Source of the DNA: a bacterium
GTDB lineage: Bacteria > Bdellovibrionota_C > UBA2361 > CALJRW01
Length of the DNA: 64,000 bases
Direction of reading: 5' to 3'
Assembly: GCA_031385045.1 (NCBI GenBank)
Contig: JANNBC010000052.1
Location: 1-64,000, forward strand
Numbering within the stretch: the first letter of the stretch is position 1; each line of letters starts with the position of its first letter. Under the pieces are notes generated by a model. It was not told the DNA's origin. It was given only the letters and a program-made list of their open reading frames with translations, and ran no database searches. Positions 37,806 through 48,554 of the stretch are shown in pieces. Position numbers and translations under genes: made by a program.

Positions 37806-40269
37806 TTACTTCGGTACTCTCAGCCATGCTTGCTAAGGCTAATACTTTTTCATCCTGATCCAAGCTAACCATTCGAACACCTTTAGTGTTACGCCCAACT
37901 ACAGAAATACCAGCAACTTTCATCCGAATCACTTTTCCACCAGAAGTCATCAACATCACCTCACTGTCATCTCCAACGATTGCGATCCCAACAACTGAAC
38001 CATTCCGTTCATCGGTCTGAATATCAATCACACCCTTACCACCACGGCCCTGTTGGCGATATTCAGAAAGTAATGTTCGTTTACCATAACCATTCTCGCA
38101 AACAGTCAGTAACGTATTACACTTAGATTCTTCATCACCTAAAGCTAGGACTTTTAGACCGACTAAGCGATCGGCTTCTGAAATTTTTAAACCTCGAACT
38201 CCGCGAGCAGTACGACCCATGTCTCGAACATCATCTGAGTTAAAACGAATAGCTTTTCCACTGGCGGCAGACATTAAGATATCATCACCATTCTTAGAAA
38301 GCTCTACGCCAACTAATTTCTCATTCTCTTTTAACGTACAAGCTACAATTCCACCCTTACGCGGATTGCTAAAAGCAGATAATTCAATTCGCTTAATAAC
38401 ACCCTGATCTGTTGCCATCACAACGTACTGATTATCAGAAAAAACTTTTACTGGAAGAACTGCGGTAATTTGCTCTTCATTATCTTTCAAATCTAAAAGA
38501 TTAATTAAATTGCGCCCCTTAGCTGTTCGTCCTGCTTCCGGAACCTCATAGACCTTTAACCAATAAAGTCGACCACCGGAAGTGAAAATCAACATATAGT
38601 TATGAGTTTCAGCAACAAAGAAATGCTCAATGAAATCGTCATCATCACCACTAGATGCGCCAGTAACACCCTTACCACCACGTTTTTGTGCTCGGTAGTT
38701 ATCTAAGTTTGTTCGCTTCACATAACCTTTGTTACTAACTGTCACGGCCATTTCTACATTTTCGATCAAATCTTCTAAAACAAAATCATCCCCGACAGCT
38801 TCTTCAATAACAGTGCGACGAGGCTCTCCATATTTATTCTTAGCTTCTGTCAGTTCTGCAACAATGATGCCATCAATCTGTTTAGGATCACCTAAGATCG
38901 ACTGCAATCTTTCAATCTCTTTAACTAAAGCAGCATGCTCATTCTCAATGGCAAGTCTTTCTAGGCCAGTTAATTTTTGTAATCTTAAATCTAGGATTGC
39001 TTGGGCTTGTATAACTGATAACTGATACTTAGCAATTAAGTTTTCTCTAGCTTCAGCTGGTGACTCTGATTTTTTAATCAAGTCAATTACTTGATCTAGA
39101 TTAGCAAGAGCAATGATAAACCCTTCTAAAACGTGTAAGCGCTTTTCCGCGTTATTAAGTTGGAATTGTGTTCGGCGAGCAATTACAGAGCGACGATGAT
39201 CGACAAAATAACTAATCATCTGTCTTAAGGTACAAACTACCGGACGTCCATCAACAATTGCCAAGTTAATAACTCCGAAGCTGCTGCGAAGCGGGGTAAG
39301 CTTAAGTAACTGATTAAGCACTACTTCGGAAGTCGCATCACGCTTTAATTCGATTACAATTCTTAATCCTTCGCGATCCGATTCATCACGTAGATTACTA
39401 ATTCCTTCAATTTTTTTGTCATTAACCAACTCGGCGATTTTCTCAATCAGACGCTTCTTATTAACTTGATAAGGAATCTCTGTCGCAATAATTGCTTCTA
39501 CTTCGCGACTTTTGCGTTTTAAAGTTTCGAAGTGAGTTTTCGCAGAAACTCTTAGAATTCCTCGACCTGTCCGGTAAGCAGACATAATCTGACCTGTTCC
39601 AGAAATAATTCCACCAGTTGGAAAGTCAGGACCAGGGATATGATTAACTAATTCCTCAAAGGTAATTTCAGGATTTTCAATCAAGCCGATTGTAGCATTA
39701 ATGACTTCTACTAAGTTATGAGGAGGAATGTGTGTTGCCATACCAACAGCAATACCATCCGCACCATTAACTAAAAGATTTGGCCAAATAGCAGGAAGTA
39801 CGGTTGGCTCTTCAGTGCTATCATCAAAGTTTGGAATAAAATCAACTGTCTTCTGTTCAATATCTGTTAATAAAGATTCTCCAAGCGGGGATAGGCGACA
39901 CTCTGTATAACGATATGCCGCAGGAGAATCACCATCGATCGATCCAAAATTTCCTTGCCCATCAATTAATGGCATCCGTTTTGACCACGGCTGAACTAGA
40001 TGGACTAGCGCGTCATAAACAGAACTATCACCATGAGGGTGAAGTTTCTTTAGAACCTCACCAACTACCCCGGCACATTTGGATGTTTTTCGAGTACTGA
40101 TTAAGCCTTCGGAATGCATAGCATAAAGAACACGACGTTGTACTGGCTTTAAACCATCTCGAACATCAGGAAGCGCTCGACCAATAATTACACTCATCGC
40201 ATAGTCCATATAGGACTGCTTCATTTCTTGACCGATATTGATAATACTAATGTTATTTTGTTCTTCCAT
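37768..40269 (-). CDS. gyrA: DNA gyrase subunit A
   Basis: [26 protein letters not shown] catalytic Tyr, GyrA-box QKRGGKG, acidic tail. Confidence 0.97.
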   Translation of the reverse strand: MEEQNNISIINIGQEMKQSYMDYAMSVIIGRALPDVRDGLKPVQRRVLYAMHSEGLISTRKTSKCAGVVGEVLKKLHPHGDSSVYDALVHLVQPWSKRMPLIDGQGNFGSIDGDSPAAYRYTECRLSPLGESLLTDIEQKTVDFIPNFDDSTEEPTVLPAIWPNLLVNGADGIAVGMATHIPPHNLVEVINATIGLIENPEITFEELVNHIPGPDFPTGGIISGTGQIMSAYRTGRGILRVSAKTHFETLKRKSREVEAIIATEIPYQVNKKRLIEKIAELVNDKKIEGISNLRDESDREGLRIVIELKRDATSEVVLNQLLKLTPLRSSFGVINLAIVDGRPVVCTLRQMISYFVDHRRSVIARRTQFQLNNAEKRLHVLEGFIIALANLDQVIDLIKKSESPAEARENLIAKYQLSVIQAQAILDLRLQKLTGLERLAIENEHAALVKEIERLQSILGDPKQIDGIIVAELTEAKNKYGEPRRTVIEEAVGDDFVLEDLIENVEMAVTVSNKGYVKRTNLDNYRAQKRGGKGVTGASSGDDDDFIEHFFVAETHNYMLIFTSGGRLYWLKVYEVPEAGRTAKGRNLINLLDLKDNEEQITAVLPVKVFSDNQYVVMATDQGVIKRIELSAFSNPRKGGIVACTLKENEKLVGVELSKNGDDILMSAASGKAIRFNSDDVRDMGRTARGVRGLKISEADRLVGLKVLALGDEESKCNTLLTVCENGYGKRTLLSEYRQQGRGGKGVIDIQTDERNGSVVGIAIVGDDSEVMLMTSGGKVIRMKVAGISVVGRNTKGVRMVSLDQDEKVLALASMAESTEVIETVETNEPELE

Positions 40270-40502
40270 AGGCTAGATAAATTAACCTAAAAATCCTGAA
40301 TTAGCAAAGTTTTTTCTTCTATTTTAAAAGCTAAAAGTCGATCAAAAACCAGGCAAAGTCTCTTACTTAACTGGTCAATTTTTTTTAAAGATCGTGAGGT
40401 TTTTAATGGATAGAAATCTTCCCTTGGATACATCTCAAAACTCCCCGCAAAGTTGATTAACCAAATAATCAATGTATGTTAATTTTAAAAGGAATCATAA
40501 AA

Positions 40503-40826
40503 ATGAAAACTCTAAGTTTTGAAATAACTAGCGACCGTGGACTACACATGAGACCGACACAGGTGTTAGTTGAAGCGACGCAAGGCATTAAAGCTGGCAA
40601 TCTCGAGATGCATACTACGACATTGCCCAATAGAGTTTTTTATCACAACTCCCAGGTTACATTATCAGTCATGGCGCTTATTGCAGCAGGAATCACCAAA
40701 GGCTCAACAATGATCGTTCAGATAGCAGATACTACTCCGGAACAAGAGGCAGTGATTGAAAGACAATTGAAGTCACTCAATATTTGGAGACAGAAAGCAT
40801 CAGAAGAAACATCTCTGAGCTTTTAA
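40503..40826 (+). CDS. HPr-family phosphocarrier-like protein
   Basis: GLHMRP (His15 motif) and SVMALIAAGITKGS (Ser46 motif); start set at the ATG after AAGGA rather than 40476. Confidence 0.72.
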   Translation: MKTLSFEITSDRGLHMRPTQVLVEATQGIKAGNLEMHTTTLPNRVFYHNSQVTLSVMALIAAGITKGSTMIVQIADTTPEQEAVIERQLKSLNIWRQKASEETSLSF

Positions 40827-40858
40827 AAATTCAAGTTTGTTCTAATAATTTCTTAAAC

Positions 40859-42193
40859 CTAAAAATCAGCAACGATCTTCCGCAACGTTGCGCGATCGAT
40901 TCCTAAAATTTGAGCAGCTTTGCTTTGTGAATTACTATTTTGTAGCAAGGCCTCTTTTACCAACTGACCCTTATATTGTTGAACTTTTTCCTGAAAATTT
41001 AAGACGCATCTTGCAGAGCTTAAATAGCAAAAATTTAAATCGCCTGACAGGATTTCACTACGTCCCGCAAAGCGTGTAATCTGAATAGCATTCCGCAAAA
41101 CATTTTCCAGTTCTCGCACATTTCCTGGCCAATCATATCCCAACAACTTTACTATAGCCTTAGGGCAGATACTAAAATCAGATCCGATTAAACTTATGGC
41201 CAAATCTTCTATGTCCTCCTTGCGTTCGCGGAGTGGAATTAAATGAATTTGAAATCCAGCAATTCGATAGTATAAATCTGCCCTAAATTTCTTTTGCTCC
41301 AGTAAAGACTCCATCGACTGGTTGCTCGCAGAAATTAATCTAAAGTCAGAAACCTGCTCTTGATTAGCGCCAATTGCCCGATATTTTTTATTTTGCAAAA
41401 CACCCAAGAGTGAAACTTGAACTTCAAGAGGAAAAGCATCAACTTCATCTAAGAATAAAGTTCCCAAGTTTGCTTCTTGAAAAAGACCTACGCGGTTGAG
41501 ATTCGCTCCCGTAAAAGATCCTTTTTGATGACCAAATAGCTCACTAGCAACAATATCAGAGTTAGAAAAAATAGGTTGTAGTCGAACTAATTTATGCTCC
41601 GCCCGTTCACTAAATTGATGAATCAGCTCTGCACAAAATCCTTTACCCGTTCCAGTTTCTCCAGAAATTAAAACGGCTTGATTGCTTTTGCTCGCAAAAT
41701 TTAGGGCCTCGCCTAGCGACTTATTAAATCCACTGGGGCCAATAATCTTTTTTAATAATTTTGATTTTTTAGAATCGCTTGTTGCTTGATAAGCACGCTT
41801 TAATTTTGATTGGGCGATTCCATCACTTACTAGGGCTGCTAAATGATGATAAGAAACTGGCTTACTTAAAAAGCTGGCGGCCCCGGCACGAATTGCTCTA
41901 ATCCCAAATTCTTGATCATCATAACCAGTCATCACAATGACTCGCATTGTGGAATCAAGCTCTAAGCACTTCGATAACAACTGAAAACCACTTTGAACAC
42001 CAGCAACTGCACTCAAGCAGAGGTCTAAAACTATAACTTCTGGGGAACAAGAATAAATTATTTTAATTGCTTCTTCAGAATTATGAGCGCTTAAAATCTG
42101 AACTGCGGGTAGTGCTTGAGCTAATAATCTTTGCCCTAGAATTAAGGTTTGCGGATCGTCATCAATCAATAAGACATTTGAAAACATAGGCAA
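40859..42193 (-). CDS. Sigma54-dependent response regulator (receiver-AAA+-Fis HTH)
   Basis: LLIDDD..LD..KP; GETGTGK; ELFGHQKGSFTGA; LFLDEV; WPGNVRELEN; AAQILGIDRATL. Confidence 0.93.
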   Translation of the reverse strand: MPMFSNVLLIDDDPQTLILGQRLLAQALPAVQILSAHNSEEAIKIIYSCSPEVIVLDLCLSAVAGVQSGFQLLSKCLELDSTMRVIVMTGYDDQEFGIRAIRAGAASFLSKPVSYHHLAALVSDGIAQSKLKRAYQATSDSKKSKLLKKIIGPSGFNKSLGEALNFASKSNQAVLISGETGTGKGFCAELIHQFSERAEHKLVRLQPIFSNSDIVASELFGHQKGSFTGANLNRVGLFQEANLGTLFLDEVDAFPLEVQVSLLGVLQNKKYRAIGANQEQVSDFRLISASNQSMESLLEQKKFRADLYYRIAGFQIHLIPLRERKEDIEDLAISLIGSDFSICPKAIVKLLGYDWPGNVRELENVLRNAIQITRFAGRSEILSGDLNFCYLSSARCVLNFQEKVQQYKGQLVKEALLQNSNSQSKAAQILGIDRATLRKIVADF

Positions 42194-42242
42194 TTATCTT
42201 TAGCCTATGAATATACGAAATATGTGTCAAAAAGTTTCCAGC

Positions 42243-43697
42243 CTAGACTGGGATACCTTCACTTCGACGCTTAATAGAGTTCCCGGTAACTCTAATTTTA
42301 TTATACCCATCAAAGGCGGCCACCTTATAACACTCAGCCAGTGTTGGATAATTAAAGACAGCATCTCTTAAATAGTGCAAGCCGCCCTTCAGGGACATGG
42401 CAGCTTGTCCAATGTGAATCAATTCAGTAGCAAATTCACCAATGATATGAACACCAAGAATATCTTTTGTTTCACGGTGAAAGAGAACTTTTAACATTCC
42501 ATCTTCATCGCCTAGAATCTGGCCTCGAACAATTTCACGAAAACGTGCGATACCAGTTTCATAAGGAATATTCTGCTCTGTTAACTCCTGCTCATTCTGA
42601 CCAACATAAGAAATTTCAGGAATAGAATAAATTCCAAACGGTAAGGGAATTTGTAAGACATCATCCGCTATACCATAAGCATGAGCTGCGGCTAAGCGAC
42701 CTTGCCCACTGGCTGTTGCCGCAAGCCCGGGGAAACCAATTACATCACCAACCGCATAAATATGTGGAATAGATGTTTGGTAGTATTGATTAACTTCAAT
42801 CTTACCTTTATCACCAAGGATCATTCCAATTTCTTCCAGTCCAATCTTTTGCGTAGAACTTGTACGTCCTGCCGAAACTAAAACACAATCAGATACAACA
42901 ACTTTTCCACTCCTTAAACGAGTCACGACAGTGCCATCTTCGCGAACATAACACTCCTCAACGTTCTCGCCCAAGCGCAATGATACTCCCATGCTTCGTA
43001 GCTGATAATGAGCGCAATCAATAATTTCTCGATCCAAAAATCCAAGTAATTTATCCCGCCCATCAATAATCGTAACGTTTACACCAAGGGCTGCAAACAT
43101 CGAAGCATACTCAGTTCCAATTACACCACCACCTACAACGGTAATAGTTCTGGGTATTTCTTTTAAATTTAAGATATCATCACTATCAAAAATATTCTCA
43201 CCATCAAAAGCAATATTTGCCGGACGAAAAGGTCGCGCGCCCGTAGCAATAACAATAAACTCGGCAGTATGATCAACTAATCGTCCACTGCTTTCACGAA
43301 TTGTTAAAGTATGTGCATCTTTAAAAGTTGCATAACCTTGCATGATTTCAATATGATTTCGAAGAAGCTGATCGCGAATAACCTCAACTTCAGTTTGAAT
43401 TAATCTGGAACAACGATAAGTTAAATCAGACATTTCAATCTTTGTCTTAACTCGGTACCCAGCTCCGTAAATGGATCTTTGTCGATAACCAGACAAGAAA
43501 GCAATGGCTTCCTTAAACGACTTACTAGGAATTGTGGATGTATTCACACAATTTCCACCAACTAAATCCATGCTATCAATGACTGCAACTCGCTTTCTAA
43601 GCTTAGCCGCTTGAATGGCCGCTTTTTGTCCCCCAGGACCACACCCAATGACCAACATGTCATAATCATAAGCCGAATTTGAAGATTTAATATTCAT
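42243..43697 (-). CDS. sthA: Soluble pyridine nucleotide transhydrogenase
   Basis: GCGPGGQKAAIQAAK, GGNCVNTSTIPSK (single Cys), GIYSIPEIS, ELIHIGQ, FNYPTLAECYKVAA. Confidence 0.93.
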   Translation of the reverse strand: MNIKSSNSAYDYDMLVIGCGPGGQKAAIQAAKLRKRVAVIDSMDLVGGNCVNTSTIPSKSFKEAIAFLSGYRQRSIYGAGYRVKTKIEMSDLTYRCSRLIQTEVEVIRDQLLRNHIEIMQGYATFKDAHTLTIRESSGRLVDHTAEFIVIATGARPFRPANIAFDGENIFDSDDILNLKEIPRTITVVGGGVIGTEYASMFAALGVNVTIIDGRDKLLGFLDREIIDCAHYQLRSMGVSLRLGENVEECYVREDGTVVTRLRSGKVVVSDCVLVSAGRTSSTQKIGLEEIGMILGDKGKIEVNQYYQTSIPHIYAVGDVIGFPGLAATASGQGRLAAAHAYGIADDVLQIPLPFGIYSIPEISYVGQNEQELTEQNIPYETGIARFREIVRGQILGDEDGMLKVLFHRETKDILGVHIIGEFATELIHIGQAAMSLKGGLHYLRDAVFNYPTLAECYKVAAFDGYNKIRVTGNSIKRRSEGIPV

Positions 43698-43949
43698 TTT
43701 AATACTTTAATTTTTAAGCGACTAGCTGGCACCTTTTGTTTATATACTTTGCGCGAGCCAGCCTTTCTCTGCCATCAGGGCAAAACTAATTATTATAGTT
43801 TCTTGTACTTATACCCCAGAGGCTATTAAGATGCTATTAAGCCCAAAAATGTCTCTAAATAGCGCCTAAATAGTGACTAACTTGGTAGGTAATCCTTATC
43901 GTATAACTATCCTAAAGATTTACTTTTTTTTCAACAGAGGTTATTCATT

Positions 43950-44252
43950 ATGGCCATGAATCTAAGTAAAGAAGAAGTCCTAAAGATTATTTTTTTGGCA
44001 CGCCTATCAACGAAAGAAGAAAACCTTGATCAAATGATCAATGATTTCAATAATGTTTTAAATTATGTCGATGCTCTCAGTAAAGTAAATGTCGATAATA
44101 TTGAACCATTAGCCCATGTCCATGAGAGTTATAACATTTACCGCGAAGATGTTTGTGGTAATGGCCTGACAACGGAGGAAGCTTTACTCAACACTTCCGA
44201 TCGCTCGGGATCATTTATTCGAGTCCCATTAATTATCGAGGGAGAATCTTAA
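43950..44252 (+). CDS. gatC: Asp/Glu-tRNA amidotransferase subunit C
   Basis: LARL..VEP-like..RED..F.RVP.I pattern; directly upstream of gatA. Confidence 0.93.
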   Translation: MAMNLSKEEVLKIIFLARLSTKEENLDQMINDFNNVLNYVDALSKVNVDNIEPLAHVHESYNIYREDVCGNGLTTEEALLNTSDRSGSFIRVPLIIEGES

Positions 44253-45712
44253 TGACTAATCTGCATGAATTAAGCTTAAAACAACTAAGAACTGGTTTAG
44301 ATAACAAAGAATTTAGCTCAAAAGAATTAACAGAACATTCCTTAGCTAGGATTGCTTCGCATCAAGAATTAAATGCTTTTATTAATGTGACACCAGAAAT
44401 TGCCTTAGCGGCAGCTGACGTAGCTGATCAAAAGATTAAGAATAAGGACGTTAAATCTCTAACAGGAATTCCACTAGCAATCAAAGATCTAATTTTAACG
44501 AAAGGAATTAAAACTACTTGTGCCAGTAAGTTTTTAGAGAATTTTGTTGCTCCTTATAACGCGACTGTAATTGAAAAATTATTAGCGGAAGATGCTGTAA
44601 TTGTCGGCAAAACAAATCTTGATGAATTTGCTATGGGTTCCTCTAACGAGAACTCCGCCTTTGGTCCAGTAAAAAATCCTTGGAATCACACGAAGGTCCC
44701 AGGAGGATCAAGTGGTGGATCAGCAGCAGTAATTGCAGCGGGACTTGTTCGAGCGACTCTGGGAACAGATACTGGTGGATCAATCAGACAGCCTTGCTCA
44801 TTTTGTTCAATCACTGGAATCAAACCAACCTATGGCCGAGTCAGTCGCTACGGGGTGACAGCTTATGCCTCATCCTTAGATCAAGTTGGTCCAATGGCTG
44901 GCAACGTGGAAGATCTGGCCGTGATGCTAAATGCTCTTTGCGGAAAAGATCCTCTAGATGCAACTAGCGTAAGTCTTAAGACTCCTGATTTTACTAAAAA
45001 TCTTGGACAAGATCTTAAGGGCTTACGAGTTGGAATGCCAAAAGAATATTTCATTGATGGAATTCAAGCTGAAGTTCGTAGTGCCGTAGAAAATGCAGTG
45101 AAACAATTAGAAAGTTTAGGTGCAACAGTAGTTCCTGTGAGCTTACCAAATACCGAGCACGCCGTTCCAACTTATTATATTATCGCACCAGCAGAGGCTA
45201 GTTCTAACTTAGGTCGCTTCGATGGAATACGTTTTGGGAACCGCGCAACTGGTTGTGAGACACTGGAAGATCTGTATTGTGAATCTCGTTCTCAAGGTTT
45301 TGGAATTGAAGTTAAGCGTCGAATTATGATGGGTACTTACGTACTATCCTCTGGTTACTACGATGCCTACTACTTAAAAGCACAAAAAGTTCGTCGCTTA
45401 GTTAAAAACGATTTCGACAAAGTATTCGCTAAGGATTGTGATGTGATTGCTTCTCCAGTGACACCAACAACAGCTTTCGATCTTAACTCCCGAGTTAGCG
45501 ATCCAATTCAGATGTATTTAAATGATATTTTCACAATTCCTGTAAACCTAGCTGGGCTTCCAGCACTTAGTGTTCCTTGCGGATTTGATCAGAACAACTT
45601 ACCAATCGGCTTACATCTGATTGGAAAAGCTTGGGATGAAGAAACCTTGTTAAAAACTGCTTTCGCTTACGAGCAAAGCACGGAATGGTCTAAAAAGAAT
45701 TGTTACAAATAA
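44252..45712 (+). CDS. gatA: Asp/Glu-tRNA amidotransferase subunit A
   Basis: [45 protein letters not shown]. Confidence 0.97.
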   Translation: MTNLHELSLKQLRTGLDNKEFSSKELTEHSLARIASHQELNAFINVTPEIALAAADVADQKIKNKDVKSLTGIPLAIKDLILTKGIKTTCASKFLENFVAPYNATVIEKLLAEDAVIVGKTNLDEFAMGSSNENSAFGPVKNPWNHTKVPGGSSGGSAAVIAAGLVRATLGTDTGGSIRQPCSFCSITGIKPTYGRVSRYGVTAYASSLDQVGPMAGNVEDLAVMLNALCGKDPLDATSVSLKTPDFTKNLGQDLKGLRVGMPKEYFIDGIQAEVRSAVENAVKQLESLGATVVPVSLPNTEHAVPTYYIIAPAEASSNLGRFDGIRFGNRATGCETLEDLYCESRSQGFGIEVKRRIMMGTYVLSSGYYDAYYLKAQKVRRLVKNDFDKVFAKDCDVIASPVTPTTAFDLNSRVSDPIQMYLNDIFTIPVNLAGLPALSVPCGFDQNNLPIGLHLIGKAWDEETLLKTAFAYEQSTEWSKKNCYK

Positions 45713-45721
45713 GTATAAAAA

Positions 45722-47170
45722 ATGTTTATTGAAGATTACGAAATAGTAGTTGGGTTAGAAGTTCACGCACAACTAGCAACTCAGTCCAAAATTTTCTCAG
45801 GTGCGAGTGCTACCTTTGGGGGAAATCCAAATTCACATGTTGATTCTGTAACGATGGGACTTCCAGGATGCTTGCCTGTTCCCAACAAAAAAGTAATTGA
45901 ATCGGCGATCAAGTTGGGCTTGGCTTTAAATTGCCAAATCCGAAATTACAATCGCTTTGCTCGCAAACATTATTTCTATCCGGACTTACCAAAAGGTTAT
46001 CAAATTTCTCAGTTTGAAGAACCAATCTGTGAACACGGACACTTAAATATCACTGTGGATGATATGGTTAGAAATATTGGCATCACTCGAATTCATATGG
46101 AAGAAGATGCTGGCAAAAATATTCATGACAGTCGTACCAATGCTTCGCTTGTCGATCTAAATCGTGCGGGCGTGCCACTTTTAGAGATTGTTTCGGAGCC
46201 AGATCTACGCTCACCAGAAGAAGCCTCTGTTTACCTACGGGGCATTCGCCAAATTATTCGATTCTTAGGAATTGGTGATGGCAATATGGAAGAAGGGAGT
46301 CTCCGTTGTGACGCTAATATTTCCTTACGCCCACGTGGTTCTTTAAAGTTTGGAACAAGGACCGAGATTAAGAATATCAACTCTTTTAAGTTTGTGGAAA
46401 AAGCTATTTTCTACGAAGCTACTCGCCAGCTAAAAATCCTAAAAGAAGGTGGTGTGATCATTCAAGAAACTAGACTTTTTGATAGTGCTACAGAAACTAC
46501 TCGCTCGATGCGTGGCAAAGAAGGAGCCGCTGATTATCGTTATTTCCCTGATCCAGATCTTCCACCTCTACATATTGAAGAATCTTGGATTCAAGAAATT
46601 CGTAGTAAGCTACCAATACTTCCTCATCAGAAAAAAGTAGAATTAGTTGAAAGCTACGGACTAACAGACTATGACGCGAGCTTAATTACTTCCGAAAGAG
46701 AAAACTTAGAGTTCTATGAAGAAGTTTATAGTGCTTGTAAAAATGCTAAGCTCGCTTGCAACTGGATGACTTCAGAACTTTTTGGTTTCCTAAATAAAAA
46801 TGGCAAACATCTAAAAGACTCCCCAGTTAGTGCTAAAAACTTAGGGCAATTAATTAAACTAATCGATCAAGGTATTCTAAGTGGAAGAATGGCGAAGGAT
46901 GTTTTTGAAGAAATGTTTGAAACATCCAAAACTCCCGAAGCAATCATTGAAGAAAAGGGATTAAAACAAGTTAGTGATCCAAAAGAGATTATCAATATTA
47001 TCCAAAAAGTAATTTCCGAATGCCCAGATCAAGTTAGAGATTACTTAGCAGGAAAAGAACAGGTCTTTGGATTCTTAGTCGGCCAAGTTATGAAAAATAG
47101 TGGTGGTAAGGCAAATCCAAAACTAGCCAACGAAGCTCTAAAGTCTGAACTTCAAAAGTTAATGGAATGA
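45722..47170 (+). CDS. gatB: Asp/Glu-tRNA amidotransferase subunit B
   Basis: GLEVHAQL, YFYPDLPKGYQISQ, HMEEDAGK, DYRYFPDPDL. Confidence 0.97.
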   Translation: MFIEDYEIVVGLEVHAQLATQSKIFSGASATFGGNPNSHVDSVTMGLPGCLPVPNKKVIESAIKLGLALNCQIRNYNRFARKHYFYPDLPKGYQISQFEEPICEHGHLNITVDDMVRNIGITRIHMEEDAGKNIHDSRTNASLVDLNRAGVPLLEIVSEPDLRSPEEASVYLRGIRQIIRFLGIGDGNMEEGSLRCDANISLRPRGSLKFGTRTEIKNINSFKFVEKAIFYEATRQLKILKEGGVIIQETRLFDSATETTRSMRGKEGAADYRYFPDPDLPPLHIEESWIQEIRSKLPILPHQKKVELVESYGLTDYDASLITSERENLEFYEEVYSACKNAKLACNWMTSELFGFLNKNGKHLKDSPVSAKNLGQLIKLIDQGILSGRMAKDVFEEMFETSKTPEAIIEEKGLKQVSDPKEIINIIQKVISECPDQVRDYLAGKEQVFGFLVGQVMKNSGGKANPKLANEALKSELQKLME

Positions 47171-47487
47171 TTTCTAGCGATCAAACCCACCTGCTTCAGC
47201 TTGATGAATTTGCAATCGCACTATTCGTAAAGCTACCGGCTTCTAAAGTAGCTTTCCTGCAAAGTCTCTTAGAAACATACGAAGGGCTAGGAACGGTAAG
47301 GACACTTGATGTTAAAAACTCCTTGATTGCCGTTATTACCACAACTCTGCAGCTAGCAACTTGCGAAGAACTACTAAATAGCGTGAAACCAATCGTTTCC
47401 TGGTCTTATGCTCAAGAACTTGAAGATCAGACTAAACAAGAATACTTTGGCTTTATGAAGACCGAAACCACCGAATCGACATTCTAA
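47167..47487 (+). CDS. DUF4911-like small protein
   Basis: FLQSLLETYEGLGTVRTLD pattern; ATGA overlap with gatB. Confidence 0.7.
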   Translation: MISSDQTHLLQLDEFAIALFVKLPASKVAFLQSLLETYEGLGTVRTLDVKNSLIAVITTTLQLATCEELLNSVKPIVSWSYAQELEDQTKQEYFGFMKTETTESTF

Positions 47488-47531
47488 TTTCAGTCATTTT
47501 TCTTTCTTAGAAATCAATTAAAGATTAGTGT

Positions 47532-48554
47532 GTGAAAGTAATGTTATTAATTGCTTTTGCTTCAAATTTCAACAAGAACAGCGCGACACAAAGTCCTGCG
47601 GCAGAGCCATTTGCCTCACCAGCTGATAATTTATTAGATACTAGTTTTCGTGGAGCAAAAACCGAACCAGAAACACAACTAGTCAGCAAGACAATCTTAG
47701 CAGTTGTCGCAAAAGTTTATCTAATGGCAATCTCTCCAGCCCTTGGTGAATTCTGGGCGAAAGTTTCTGATGAAGGCAAGTTTCTTGCTGTTAGTAAAAA
47801 TGACTCTTTACTTAGAGTAATCACTGAAGCTAGAGACATCTTAGTGGAGGAAAAAATTTCTCCCAAAAACACTGCTCCAGCAACAAAACCTTTAAAAAAT
47901 CTACTAACAGAATTTTTAGAAGAATTAACTCCAAAAAAAGTAGAGCTTGAGGATCAAGACTTAGGAAGGCAAAATAAACAGGCTCCTCTTATACTTAAGA
48001 AACTAACGGAAGAGTTACTTGATGAGCAACTTAAAAGTTTAGTAGTTGGAGCAATTGTTCAGCAGAAACAAATCATCGAAAACTACTTAAGTCAAAAAGA
48101 AGAGGCTGTTTCTGATAAAGAAAAAAGAGAATTAAAAATTGCTCTAGAAAATGTAAATATTTATCTAAGAGGACTTGAAGATAAGCAGGTAACGGCTGTT
48201 CCTGCGCTAGCAAGTACCATCGTCGCTAAGGAATCTGAGCTAGTCCTAGAGCCTTTTGCCTATAGTTTTCATGATCGAAGCACTTTACTATCTGCTACAA
48301 AAGTAAAAGCCCAAGAAGAAAAAGAAGCTCAGAAACTAGCTAGATTAGAAGCCAAAAAGCTTGCTGAGCTACAAGTTTTAAGAGATTATTTAGAGAGATT
48401 AGAACCAACAGCTCGAATTAATTTTGCTTCCGCACTTTATAAACAAAGAAGTGGGGATTCAGCAGTTCTAACTGTTATTACAGAAGCATTAGGAACAAGC
48501 AGAGCAACATCAAGTCAAAAAGACTCTAACGAAGCGATCGCCTTAGCAAACTAA
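47532..48554 (+). CDS. Hypothetical protein, largely alpha-helical
   Basis: 340-codon open frame in AT-rich DNA, Glu/Lys/Leu-rich; no motif recognised; start uncertain. Confidence 0.65.
   Translation: MKVMLLIAFASNFNKNSATQSPAAEPFASPADNLLDTSFRGAKTEPETQLVSKTILAVVAKVYLMAISPALGEFWAKVSDEGKFLAVSKNDSLLRVITEARDILVEEKISPKNTAPATKPLKNLLTEFLEELTPKKVELEDQDLGRQNKQAPLILKKLTEELLDEQLKSLVVGAIVQQKQIIENYLSQKEEAVSDKEKRELKIALENVNIYLRGLEDKQVTAVPALASTIVAKESELVLEPFAYSFHDRSTLLSATKVKAQEEKEAQKLARLEAKKLAELQVLRDYLERLEPTARINFASALYKQRSGDSAVLTVITEALGTSRATSSQKDSNEAIALAN

Noticed and set aside
37768..40269. parC instead of gyrA
   Set aside because: An intact GyrA-box (QKRGGKG) and acidic tail indicate gyrase.
43724..43761. 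Sigma54 promoter at CTGGCAC upstream of gatC
   Set aside because: No GC at the -12 position with the required 10-nt spacing.
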